Below are positions 15,297 through 24,797 of a stretch of 27,724 nucleotides of DNA, in pieces. How positions within the stretch are numbered: position 1 is the first letter of the stretch; the number at the start of each line of letters is the position of its first letter. The stretch lies in IMG/VR virus record IMGVR_UViG_3300036975_000136, positions 1-27,724 of that record; one strand, given 5' to 3'. The stretch comes from a virus (lineage: Duplodnaviria; Caudoviricetes). The notes below the pieces were generated by a model that was not told the origin of the DNA, made no database searches, and saw only the letters and a list, made by a program, of their open reading frames with translations. The position numbers and the translations under genes were made by a program.

Positions 15297-15913
15297 AAGA
15301 TTATCAAATCACAGAGTTTACCCAAGAGGTCGTCACCAATGTTTTTTTGAAGGTTCATAAAGCTGTTGCAAAAAAATTATACGATCATTTTGCAAGACCA
15401 GATTATCCTGATTTTGATGTTTACTGTTATGCTCATACGGATCCGGTTAAAATAGATACTACAATTATCCCGCCATGTATATTGCTTTTTGGCCCAAATC
15501 CTACTCCAACAATGGGGCATTTGTTTAACAAGACAGTGGATATTGGCACGGATGAGATAGGGCATGTTAGAACAAGGACCTATCACAATTTGTCTTATTT
15601 TAATTTAGGGTATGTGTTTTTCTACCTAGCAGAGAGTATGGATCAGCTGCTGAAGGCCCAAGAAGACTTTGGGATTTTTTCTAAGCGATATAAAAGCATA
15701 GAAATATCTGACCTGGCAAGGAGCTTTAGGTTTAGAAAGTATTTGGATATTTCTCCAAATAACATGCGAAACAACACCAATATCATAGCTGGGAAAGCGG
15801 AGTTTGCGATAGAAAGGGTGCTTGTTATTGATGGTGATGTCTATTTTGATTCTGGCCGGGTATATTCTGTAATACAGGAGAGTTATGCGCATGAAACCAG
15901 TCAAGCTAGTTAA
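15287..15913 (+). CDS. Probable tail terminator
   Basis: Position before the sheath, size, and the PCILL pattern. Confidence 0.6.
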   Translation: MAVEDYQITEFTQEVVTNVFLKVHKAVAKKLYDHFARPDYPDFDVYCYAHTDPVKIDTTIIPPCILLFGPNPTPTMGHLFNKTVDIGTDEIGHVRTRTYHNLSYFNLGYVFFYLAESMDQLLKAQEDFGIFSKRYKSIEISDLARSFRFRKYLDISPNNMRNNTNIIAGKAEFAIERVLVIDGDVYFDSGRVYSVIQESYAHETSQAS

Positions 15914-16241
15914 CATGTCTGATTACGACAGAACGGTTCCTTTGATAGAACCAATTGGTGGAGTTTCTACTATTATATTCAAAGCTAGGCAGGTTGTAGA
16001 AGTGCCAGGGCTTGTCTTAAACGATGCTTATGTGCGTAAGCTCATTGCGAAGAAACTGATAAGGCCTGTGGTTGAGAAGCGTTCTTCGGTTAAGTTCTCT
16101 CCAAATCCTGATAATGAAACAAAGGAAGCAAAGCCTGACGATGCTGAAAAGCCTTCAACACCAAGCCCTGAGAGCACATTGACTTTTAGTGAAGGTGGAG
16201 AGAACGAAAAGTCTTCTAAAAAGAAAAATAAAGATAAGTAA
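15885..16241 (+). CDS. Hypothetical protein preceding the sheath
   Basis: AGGAG RBS; small folded N-terminus and low-complexity charged tail. Confidence 0.7.
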   Translation: MRMKPVKLVNMSDYDRTVPLIEPIGGVSTIIFKARQVVEVPGLVLNDAYVRKLIAKKLIRPVVEKRSSVKFSPNPDNETKEAKPDDAEKPSTPSPESTLTFSEGGENEKSSKKKNKDK

Positions 16242-16252
16242 CGGAGGAGATT

Positions 16253-18043
16253 ATGGAGGTTTCGAAGTTTAGAAATGCAACGGATGTTGGATCCGAAATA
16301 CGTTTTCCTAAGTTTAAGGATTATGGAATTGGAGCACTGGACCTTTCGGTCCCATGTGTTTTCGGCAATTTTGATTGGGGGCCAATTGATGTGCCAACAG
16401 AAATTACTTCTGAAAGTGAATTGAGGGATATTTTTGTTGGTGGCGATGAATCTTGGAAGCAGATTTTGACTGCTTTCAGGAATCACAGCGTAAAGAAAAT
16501 GGTTGTGGTTCGCCCTGCTCATTACACCGATATCACAGACAAAACTACCTTGACGGCACTTAAGTCTGATTACACCATACAGAATGGTACGCCGGTTGAT
16601 GTGCTAACAGCGGCTGCTAGATATTGTGGGGCTTATGGTGACAACATAGAGGTTAAGATTACCCACAGCACAAAGGTTTCAACCACAACGACTGCGGATC
16701 TAGCTACTGGTGGTACTTCTGTTGCGCTTTCCTCTTCTGAAGATATTGAGATTGGCGAAATACTGTTGATTGATGACACAACCAATTCGGCATATGTCAA
16801 AGTAACGCTTATTGATGGGGATACCGTACATTTTGCTGCTGTTACTCCAACTCCTGGAAGTCCTATTGCTACAGGTGCTACTGTTACGTCACTTAATTTC
16901 GATATGGAGATTTACGTTGATGACGTATTGCTTACCAATCCGTATGAGTATTTATCTTTGGAAACTGAGAATAAATACTACTACATTGGCAATGTAATCC
17001 CTACGGACTCGAATCACTACATTAACTTTACTGTTGAGGATCTTAGTTCTGTATCTATTGAAGATCGATTGCCTGCTGCTGGAACATACCAACTTGCTGG
17101 CGGTAGCGATGGCACTACGATTCTAGCTGCCGACTATATGGGTGATTCCACGGAGAAAACAGGACTTTACTGTTTGGATTTGTACGGTGATGGCATGCTC
17201 CCAGTTTTGTTCTGTGTTCCTGAAATGGTTGATGCCGATGTGCACAATGCTTTCATTGATTATTGCGAAGCCAAAAGGATCCATTTCTTTATTGGTGATT
17301 TTGCCTTTGATAACGATGACAGCGATTGTTTGACGTTTTTGAATACAACGGCAAAGATCAATTCTGAGTACTGTCAATATGCTTATCCAGCATTGATTTA
17401 TCAGGACCCAGATGATGCGAACTTCACTGTTACACTAAAACCATCCGTTAGCATTGCCGCTAGAATGGCTACAACGGACCAAACTGATAATGGCGGGCCA
17501 TGGCAAAATAGTGCTGGAGAGCTTTATGGTGGATTGTATGGCGTTGTTGCATTGGAATCGGTTGCTTATCCAACAGAACTAGAAGTGATCACCCAAAACC
17601 CAGATGTGCGAACTGCTTTAAGAAAGGAAAAGATAAATCCAATCTATAAAAAAGGTACTCAATTTATTATTGAGTCAGCATTTACGAGAGCTAAAGGTAG
17701 AGATGTTCAGTTCGTACACATCAATCAAATCCGGACATTGCAATATGTTGGTGCTTCCGTTGACTATTCCCTTTCGTGGGTGTTAATGATGAACCACGAC
17801 AGACTTTTGGAGACCCGTGTTAGGACCTTGATTGAAGAGTTTGTTGATGGGTTGCCTACTGGCGCGTTATATGGTGCGACACCTGCTGACCGAAGGAAAA
17901 TCGTATGTGGCCCAGACAATAACCCGCGAAACGAAGATGGGACGATTGTATCTCCAGAAGATTTGTATGTTTCAATTTACATATCTACTCAAACGCCTGT
18001 GTTAAGGGCGTATTACGATGTTTACAAGAAATTGATGGCTTAA
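16253..18043 (+). CDS. Tail sheath protein
   Basis: WGPIDVPTEITS, GAYGDNIEV, LAGGSDG, TGLYCLD, AYP, INPI motifs. Confidence 0.93.
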   Translation: MEVSKFRNATDVGSEIRFPKFKDYGIGALDLSVPCVFGNFDWGPIDVPTEITSESELRDIFVGGDESWKQILTAFRNHSVKKMVVVRPAHYTDITDKTTLTALKSDYTIQNGTPVDVLTAAARYCGAYGDNIEVKITHSTKVSTTTTADLATGGTSVALSSSEDIEIGEILLIDDTTNSAYVKVTLIDGDTVHFAAVTPTPGSPIATGATVTSLNFDMEIYVDDVLLTNPYEYLSLETENKYYYIGNVIPTDSNHYINFTVEDLSSVSIEDRLPAAGTYQLAGGSDGTTILAADYMGDSTEKTGLYCLDLYGDGMLPVLFCVPEMVDADVHNAFIDYCEAKRIHFFIGDFAFDNDDSDCLTFLNTTAKINSEYCQYAYPALIYQDPDDANFTVTLKPSVSIAARMATTDQTDNGGPWQNSAGELYGGLYGVVALESVAYPTELEVITQNPDVRTALRKEKINPIYKKGTQFIIESAFTRAKGRDVQFVHINQIRTLQYVGASVDYSLSWVLMMNHDRLLETRVRTLIEEFVDGLPTGALYGATPADRRKIVCGPDNNPRNEDGTIVSPEDLYVSIYISTQTPVLRAYYDVYKKLMA

Positions 18044-18055
18044 TGGAGGGTTGCA

Positions 18056-18556
18056 ATGGCTACGTTACCTATTCAAATCAATGATGGTAATTACGAGTTT
18101 CTAACAGGGCAGTATTTTACCATTGAATTGCAAAATCCAGGCGATCTTCCCGATGGGATTGGACGCGCTGTGTTCACAGAATGCACTGGGTTAAAGTTTA
18201 CCAGAGAACCAAGAGAGCATTTTGAAAGTGGTTCTTCGGAAGCCAACATTAGTGGTGACAAAAGAACATACGAAAACATAACGCTCAAGCGTGGGTATTC
18301 GTATGATCCAGCAAGTGGTCAAACTCATGACCACTTGGAGAAATGGTGGCAGCTTGGCAAGAAGGTGAATTTGATATTGAGCATTTTCGATGACCAAGAA
18401 GGTGATGGAACTCAACGGGATCCAAGAAAGCAGTACCTTATCAAAGGTGCAATGCCCGTTAGTTTTGTGCCTTGGGAAGGAAATGCGACAAGTGGTGACA
18501 CCACAATTCAAGAACTGGAAATAAAACCTGAAAAGGTTAATCCAATCGAAGCTTAA
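18056..18556 (+). CDS. Tail tube protein (T4 gp19/CIS tube-like)
   Basis: FTECTGL...YENITLKRG...IQELEI; directly follows the sheath. Confidence 0.92.
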   Translation: MATLPIQINDGNYEFLTGQYFTIELQNPGDLPDGIGRAVFTECTGLKFTREPREHFESGSSEANISGDKRTYENITLKRGYSYDPASGQTHDHLEKWWQLGKKVNLILSIFDDQEGDGTQRDPRKQYLIKGAMPVSFVPWEGNATSGDTTIQELEIKPEKVNPIEA

Positions 18557-18574
18557 TTGATTGGTATTTTTGTG

Positions 18575-18597
18575 AGGGCGTTGGTTTCTGACGCCCT
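18575..18597 (+). terminator. Hairpin after the tube gene (weak terminator or stabiliser)
   Basis: AGGGCGT/ACGCCCT stem with a poor U tract. Confidence 0.4.
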
Positions 18598-18625
18598 TGC
18601 TATTTAAAAAGAGAGAGAGGTTCAC

Positions 18626-19564
18626 ATGGAAAAGAAAAGGAATTTAGTTATCGAGACTTTACCATCAGGAATAGAAATTGCGGCAGCCCCAATGGACATT
18701 CTTGATGCCAACAACATGTTTTCTACGTCCAACCCAGCCGAACAACTATACAAGATATTGGAACACGGAATCGTTGTGGATCCAGATGGCGAAGCAAAGC
18801 CTTATTCGTGGCGAAAGGCTATAGATTCCGACAACTTCGCTGCAATGATCACGCGTAGGCGCGCAACGTTCGGGGATCAGTTTTCCTTTTTGGTTAATTG
18901 TAGCAGCTGCAATTATGGCAAAAAACCACCTGGTGTTGCTGGATTGGAAAACCCAAATTGGAGGGCCTATCATACGGTACATTTGGGGCAGACTTATTTG
19001 GATCCTCAAAGTGAAGAACCAATTGAAAACCCGCAAAAAATAATGTTTATAAGATGGGAAACATCTGAAAATGAGTGCGATGGAGTTGAGAAAATATTTG
19101 TTGACAGAGAATCGAAGCGGTTTATGATTTGGCTTGAGGATACCGATGAAAAAATGGTACTGCGTTTGACAATGGGATCTGATGCTGCTGAATTGCGGAA
19201 GATTATGAAATATCCTGCTCATAGTAATGAACGCGCATCGGCTATGCTAGAGCTGAAGTTTGTTGGTTTTGTTGGAGAAGAAATAGGTAAGGAAAAGGAT
19301 TGGCGGAAAGCTAAATATCCACAGAAAAAACCTGGACATTTGACAGAAGCACGTGATAACGGTCTTATCTCTTATGGAGATTTTGATGATCTCACAGCTT
19401 TTATTCAGTATGTGGATGGTGGTATAGAAACAGATCTAGATGTGCCTTGTCCTGTTTGTGGAGCACCGCTTATTTCAACTGATACAGATAGTACGCTGAT
19501 TCCGTTTTACACAAGAAGTTTTTTCTCGCGGACCTCAACCCGGAGAAGATCCTTGGGTATCTAA
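18626..19564 (+). CDS. Tail assembly chaperone (two CxxC, T4 gp26-like)
   Basis: TLPSG, RRATFG, CSSC...CPVCG and terminal SFF; lies between tube and tape measure. Confidence 0.82.
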   Translation: MEKKRNLVIETLPSGIEIAAAPMDILDANNMFSTSNPAEQLYKILEHGIVVDPDGEAKPYSWRKAIDSDNFAAMITRRRATFGDQFSFLVNCSSCNYGKKPPGVAGLENPNWRAYHTVHLGQTYLDPQSEEPIENPQKIMFIRWETSENECDGVEKIFVDRESKRFMIWLEDTDEKMVLRLTMGSDAAELRKIMKYPAHSNERASAMLELKFVGFVGEEIGKEKDWRKAKYPQKKPGHLTEARDNGLISYGDFDDLTAFIQYVDGGIETDLDVPCPVCGAPLISTDTDSTLIPFYTRSFFSRTSTRRRSLGI

Positions 19565-19740
19565 ACCGATTTGCCTGGGTTGAGGAAGGTCACGGGTTTG
19601 GCTTTAGCTGGCGTGACATAGTTGAAATGCCATTGGATATGGCGATTTTTTATGAAGATCTTTATCGAAGAAATGTCAATGCGGTTAATGAAAAGATGAA
19701 AGCAAGAGCCAAAGCAAATACTAGGAAACCAAGAATGTGA
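19519..19740 (+). CDS. -1 frameshift extension of the tail chaperone (gpGT-like, ~371 aa fusion)
   Basis: Slippery heptamer T TTT TTC at 19519-19525. The -1 frame is open for 71 codons and contains GFSWRDIVEMP. Confidence 0.8.
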   Translation, partial: FFLADLNPEKILGYLNRFAWVEEGHGFGFSWRDIVEMPLDMAIFYEDLYRRNVNAVNEKMKARAKANTRKPRM

Positions 19741-19750
19741 GGGTTAAAGC

Positions 19751-22700
19751 ATGGCAGCAAACATGGGCGGTGCCGGCCTTAATTTTGGCTTTAACTTTTA
19801 CTCCACTGGTACAGCTGGGGTTCTTGCTGATTTAAATAAAATTCATAATCGCATGAATCAAATGACCGCTAATGCTGCCCGCAGACCAATTCAACCAATA
19901 GCTGGAACACAGGGATTATCTGATCTTGACCGAATGGGCAAGAAAGTTGATGACTTGACTACTCGTGCTGGTAGATTTACTGGCGCTTTTAATTTTGATA
20001 AAGCCACAGAACGTTCTAGGAAGTTTTATGCATTCAGTTATAGCCGTTTAGGCAAGCTCAGCATAATCGGTAGGGGTTGGGAAGCTTTCATTATAGCTGG
20101 TGTTGACGCATGTATAAAAGCGTTTGTTGAATTTGAGAAAGAAGCAACGAACGCTTTTGTTTTAATCAATGAAGAATCGGCAAAGTTTATTGGTGGGCTT
20201 GAAGGCTTGATGTCCAAAATGAAGGATTTTGGTTCTGAGTTTGGGCAGCAATTAACAAGCGTGGCATCAGGATTTAAGGAAGCATTGGGATCTGGCGTAG
20301 ATATTAGTGTTTTGGAACCATTTATGGAGATTGCTGGTAAGCTGGCTGTAGGAGGGGGGACAACCTTAGATAAAGCCCAAAAAGGGTTAATCACGCTTGC
20401 CAATGCATTTGGCATTCCATATTCGGATGTTAAGGCTTTGCAGGAGATAAGCGACGCGCTGTTTGCTGGGTACAACTTCGGTATTACAACTATTGAAGAG
20501 CTATCTAAAAATCTTTATAAGTCAGCGAGCGGTGCAAATGTAGCTGGAGCTGCGTACAACGAAATGGTTGCTGCTGGATCGGCGTTAACTACAGTTGGCA
20601 CTACAACACGTTTTTCGTTTATGTCTTTGGAACGGATGTTTTTAAATCTTATAAACCCATCCAAAAAGTACAAAGAGCTAATGGACGAAATGGGCATTGT
20701 TACTGGTGAAAACGCGGTGCAAATGAACGGCGGGCTTCTCCCTACTCTTTTGAAAATTAATGATGCCATGAAGGAACATGGAGTTAATGTTACTGATGTA
20801 TTTCAACAAACAAATGCTCAAAGAGCGTTCAATACTTTAACTGCCGGCTTCAATAAAATAGGACTTACCTACGAAAATTTTTCTAGAATGATTGAAGCGG
20901 ATAGAACATTTCAAGAATATGCGCAGAGAAGTGGGGTTTCTGCTAAGCAGTTAATGACTGAGGTTTATGGAGCTATGATTTTGGATCCTTCTGAGAGTCA
21001 ATCGGCTCTTGATAGGATAGCGGCTCAATACGGGACTACTGTTGGTGAATTACGCAATTTGTTTGAAGGCACTACTGCCGGGTTCGTTGCTGCAAACAAA
21101 ACAATGGGTACATCTAGTATGGCATTCTTCAGACAGCTGTATCACCCAACAGAAGGGTTGGCTTCTGAAATAGGAACTATTACAGAAGATGCTTATGCTA
21201 AGCATAGAGCTACTTTAGCATTTCAGTCTGCCCAAGCAAAGGCTAACTTCCAAATTATGTTTGCAAATGCAGCAGAAGAAATGAAACCGTTTCTTTCTTA
21301 TATGTTGGCTCTCACAAATACTGGAATGGTAATCATACAAACAGTTGGTAAGGCCTGGGAGTATGTGTTTGGTGATATTGGCGGTGGGCTTGAAGAAGTA
21401 ACCAAAAGACTTGTTGGTTACCAAGATAAATTGCGAAATATATTCAAACCGGTTGAGGTTGATATAAGCAGCAAGGAATTCAAGGATTTTATGTCTTTGC
21501 CAATAGAAGAACGCATGAGAAATGTTCGCGGGTTAACGGTTGATATGGCAGAGGCGTTTGCTGTTAGCAAGCTTGAAACGGCTGATTGGACCGATAAGCT
21601 CCGCAATTTCATAGGCAATTTAAAAGCAGCGGTTGAAGTGTATGGAGAATTCAAGGCAGCAATGTTGGCTGGTGATATTGGGAGGCTTGCTTTTCTTGCT
21701 CCAGTTATTGACAAAACACCATTGTTTGAATTCGTTCAAACCGTTGATAAAGTAACAGAGAGTATTCAAGAGAAGTTTGGGATGCTTAAAGATGCTTGGA
21801 CTGGTTTGTGGCGTGGGTTTGCTGCTTCTTCCGATTTTGGCAAATCTATGGCTACTCTAGGTAAAGCCGCTGCGGTTTTTGGGACCATAGCTGCTTTTGC
21901 GGGGCCTTTTAGAGCAATTGCTATAGCGGCAGGTGGTATAGCTGTAGCTATGAAAGCCATAGGAACCGATGCTGCTGGAGTTGGTGAATCCCTTGGATCT
22001 GGGATGTCCAATTTGATAACTGCCTTAAGCCCTATTGTAGAACAGGCGTATAGTCTACTTAAAACGTTGTTTGATGGTTTATCTAGGATGGTAAGGTCAA
22101 TTGCGACTGAAATAGGTCCTCCGTTAATGGCTGTTTTTAAGCCGGTTGCGAACATTGTTTCAAATGTTATTTGGCTTATAGAAGCATTGATCCCTCCACT
22201 TTCGGTTGCTATTTCTGGTATTGCAAGTGCAGTTGGCAGTGTTATTTCTGGCTTGACACCATATATTGGGACGATATGGAGTGTTGCTTACACTGTTATT
22301 TCTGCGATAATAAATATCGTTCAACAACTTGGGCCAGCGATCGCCACTGTTGCGATGCAGATTGGTGGGTTTATACAGAATGTTCTCGTGGCGTTGTACC
22401 CAGTATTTGAGTTTCTTGCGAATACTGTAAATGGACTGATTACACTTGTTACACCACTGTTTTCTGGTATCATAGAAGCGCTTGTAAGCCTGTTTAATGT
22501 CATAGTTTCGGTTGGCAATTTGATAGCCGGTGTTGTTGGCCCAATATTTGGTATCTTTTTTGGTGATATGAACAAGGGTTTTGACAAAAGCTCAAAGGAT
22601 GTGGCTAGCTTTGGGGAATCTGTTGGGGATATTTTCCGTAGTTTATCCAAGGTACTTAATGATTTTAAGAAAACTCTTGATAGCCTTACGCATGGGTTAA

Positions 22701-23839
22701 GATGGTTTATGGGGGCTTTACCAGAAGAAGAAATGACTGCTGGCGAATTGCAGTTTAAGAAAATGTCTGATCCAAGATATATCATGGAAGCAATTAAAAG
22801 TGGAACCAAACCTGTTGCAGATATTGAAATGGCGCGAGAAAAAAACTTACAGAAAGAATCAGAAATGGTGAATGCACTTGGCGTTCTTGGTGAAGTAAGT
22901 AGAGCTTATACAGGTGAACGGAAGGAATACATTGGAGGTAAAAGCCCAACGCAAATCTTAGCTCAAGAAAGTCTTGGCCCTGTTGCTCCTGATGTATTGC
23001 AGAAACAAATTGAGGCAGATCGCGCTGGCAGAATGATTTTTGAGAAGACGCTTGGTAGAGGCATTGATCTTTCTTTACCTGGTGAAACACAGTTGATTGA
23101 GAGTACTTTGAAGCCTTTTATTGATAAAATAGATAAGCAAGGCCCAGCTGAAGTTTATAAAGAATTGTCTGCCATGCAAGCTCCAGAGCAAAAAGCAGTT
23201 GTTGGTTCTATTGCTGATACAAATGATTCATTAAAGCAAATGATTGATTCTTTTAAACAAGGCATGAATTTGCCAAATCTTGCTGTTGCACCTTCAATAG
23301 CTGGAGAAGGTGAGAAATCTGCTGAAGGGTTGATGGGTTCAATGAAAAGTCTTGAATCTGTTATGGGGCAAGAAGAGCTGATGAAGCCAGAAATTAAAGT
23401 GCCAGACATGAAAGAGGTATTTAAACCTATAGACGCTGAAAAGATAGGAGAAAAGTTAAGAGCACCAATATCTGGGCAACCAATCACACCGTTTAGACCA
23501 GCTGGTAAAACACAGTTTGCTCCGTTGATTGATCCGATTAACGATCTTGGTTCTACAATGCGTGGCAGCTTAAGAGAAATGGCTGAGACGAACCCTTTTG
23601 ATACAGCTGCCGAAATACCAAAGATACAAGTTCCAGAATTGTCAGCTAGTTTGGCTCAAATAGCTAAGGACCAAGCAGAGATGTCAAAGAGCCAAAAAGG
23701 TGGAAAAGAGGAAATGAATCTTCAAATCACAATGCATGATGAAGATGGCGAAAAGCAGGCTGCGGCTCGTTTGTCGAGGCGTCAAGATAGCCAATTTAAG
23801 AATTATGCCTGTGAAATGGATTTTGAAGGGGTGAGCTGA
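19751..23839 (+). CDS. Tape measure protein (TP901-family core)
   Basis: 1362 aa, Ala/Gly-rich helical. Core KLAVGGGT..ISDALFAGYNFGITTIEEL, plus Pro-spaced amphipathic repeats. Confidence 0.93.
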   Translation: MAANMGGAGLNFGFNFYSTGTAGVLADLNKIHNRMNQMTANAARRPIQPIAGTQGLSDLDRMGKKVDDLTTRAGRFTGAFNFDKATERSRKFYAFSYSRLGKLSIIGRGWEAFIIAGVDACIKAFVEFEKEATNAFVLINEESAKFIGGLEGLMSKMKDFGSEFGQQLTSVASGFKEALGSGVDISVLEPFMEIAGKLAVGGGTTLDKAQKGLITLANAFGIPYSDVKALQEISDALFAGYNFGITTIEELSKNLYKSASGANVAGAAYNEMVAAGSALTTVGTTTRFSFMSLERMFLNLINPSKKYKELMDEMGIVTGENAVQMNGGLLPTLLKINDAMKEHGVNVTDVFQQTNAQRAFNTLTAGFNKIGLTYENFSRMIEADRTFQEYAQRSGVSAKQLMTEVYGAMILDPSESQSALDRIAAQYGTTVGELRNLFEGTTAGFVAANKTMGTSSMAFFRQLYHPTEGLASEIGTITEDAYAKHRATLAFQSAQAKANFQIMFANAAEEMKPFLSYMLALTNTGMVIIQTVGKAWEYVFGDIGGGLEEVTKRLVGYQDKLRNIFKPVEVDISSKEFKDFMSLPIEERMRNVRGLTVDMAEAFAVSKLETADWTDKLRNFIGNLKAAVEVYGEFKAAMLAGDIGRLAFLAPVIDKTPLFEFVQTVDKVTESIQEKFGMLKDAWTGLWRGFAASSDFGKSMATLGKAAAVFGTIAAFAGPFRAIAIAAGGIAVAMKAIGTDAAGVGESLGSGMSNLITALSPIVEQAYSLLKTLFDGLSRMVRSIATEIGPPLMAVFKPVANIVSNVIWLIEALIPPLSVAISGIASAVGSVISGLTPYIGTIWSVAYTVISAIINIVQQLGPAIATVAMQIGGFIQNVLVALYPVFEFLANTVNGLITLVTPLFSGIIEALVSLFNVIVSVGNLIAGVVGPIFGIFFGDMNKGFDKSSKDVASFGESVGDIFRSLSKVLNDFKKTLDSLTHGLRWFMGALPEEEMTAGELQFKKMSDPRYIMEAIKSGTKPVADIEMAREKNLQKESEMVNALGVLGEVSRAYTGERKEYIGGKSPTQILAQESLGPVAPDVLQKQIEADRAGRMIFEKTLGRGIDLSLPGETQLIESTLKPFIDKIDKQGPAEVYKELSAMQAPEQKAVVGSIADTNDSLKQMIDSFKQGMNLPNLAVAPSIAGEGEKSAEGLMGSMKSLESVMGQEELMKPEIKVPDMKEVFKPIDAEKIGEKLRAPISGQPITPFRPAGKTQFAPLIDPINDLGSTMRGSLREMAETNPFDTAAEIPKIQVPELSASLAQIAKDQAEMSKSQKGGKEEMNLQITMHDEDGEKQAAARLSRRQDSQFKNYACEMDFEGVS

Positions 23840-24525
23840 TGTATGAGGATGAAACCACAGTAAAGGGAGGATTTGTTGTTGAACTTGAAAACAATGAGTT
23901 TTTCTTTATCCCATTCATATTTAATCCAGAAGAAGTTGAAGAAGAGGATGGAGCTAATTATAAAGTGCAAGAAATACCTGGCTCTGCGGATCCCTCGGTT
24001 GATTATGTTTCTGGAAAAGGTTTACGTTTGAGTTGTACGATTATTGTTGAGCAGTACAGAATAGATGAACTGTATGAATATATAGACAAGAACCCAAACA
24101 AAGACCCAGTTGAGATTGCGAGACGAAATAAGTTTGCCGCTGTTAATTTCACGGAACAGGATCTAGCTACTTCAAGGACGTTTTTCCCAAGATCGCCATC
24201 GTTGTATGTAGAACAGATTAGGAAGTTATTGTTTCCGAAGAAAAATTATGAAGGCGGGTTTCTAAAAAGTCCACCAAGAGTCACGTTTTTGTTTGGTGAT
24301 GGAACATTTGTCGGGAGAGTGGAATCATTCAATTTGGTTAGAAAATTGGCAACACCTAAGCTTCGACTAAAATACGCTGAGATATCAATAAAAATGATCA
24401 GAGATCAACCAAAGGCCAAGAGGTTTTTCTCTGTATTGCCAAGTACTGGCGGAACTGTGGTCTATCCGTTGGATAGAAGAAGCCAACAGCAACAGGTTCA
24501 ACGTGGAGATTATGTTACAAGATGA
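23839..24525 (+). CDS. Tail tube initiator (CIS tube-like baseplate protein)
   Basis: FNPEEV..GANY..IPG..P..YVSG and PPRVTFLFG; follows the tape measure. Confidence 0.8.
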   Translation: MYEDETTVKGGFVVELENNEFFFIPFIFNPEEVEEEDGANYKVQEIPGSADPSVDYVSGKGLRLSCTIIVEQYRIDELYEYIDKNPNKDPVEIARRNKFAAVNFTEQDLATSRTFFPRSPSLYVEQIRKLLFPKKNYEGGFLKSPPRVTFLFGDGTFVGRVESFNLVRKLATPKLRLKYAEISIKMIRDQPKAKRFFSVLPSTGGTVVYPLDRRSQQQQVQRGDYVTR

Positions 24526-24797
24526 TTGAGACAAACAATAGATACGCAAAGTTTAGATCTCCTCATCAAATACGATACTATCAATTTAAGAAATTGCTTT
24601 TGAAGCACGGGTATAGACCGTATGTGTACAGGCAATTCGATAGGGTTGAGGATATTGCAAGGCGCGCTCTTGGCGATCCTTCTATGTATTGGGTTATCTT
24701 GGCCTGCAATGCAATTGAGGATCCGTTTGCTACGATTATACCGGGGACTATCCTTTTGCTACCAGCTAAAAGTATATTAGAAGAGGTAAACAAGTAA
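24522..24797 (+). CDS. LysM-like baseplate protein (P2 gpX/T4 gp53-like)
   Basis: DRVEDIARRALGDPSMYWVILACN..DPF..PGTILLLP. Confidence 0.85.
   Translation: MIETNNRYAKFRSPHQIRYYQFKKLLLKHGYRPYVYRQFDRVEDIARRALGDPSMYWVILACNAIEDPFATIIPGTILLLPAKSILEEVNK

Noticed and set aside
22000-22560. Hydrophobic periodic repeats in the tape measure
   Set aside because: Normal Pro-spaced amphipathic TMP repeats.
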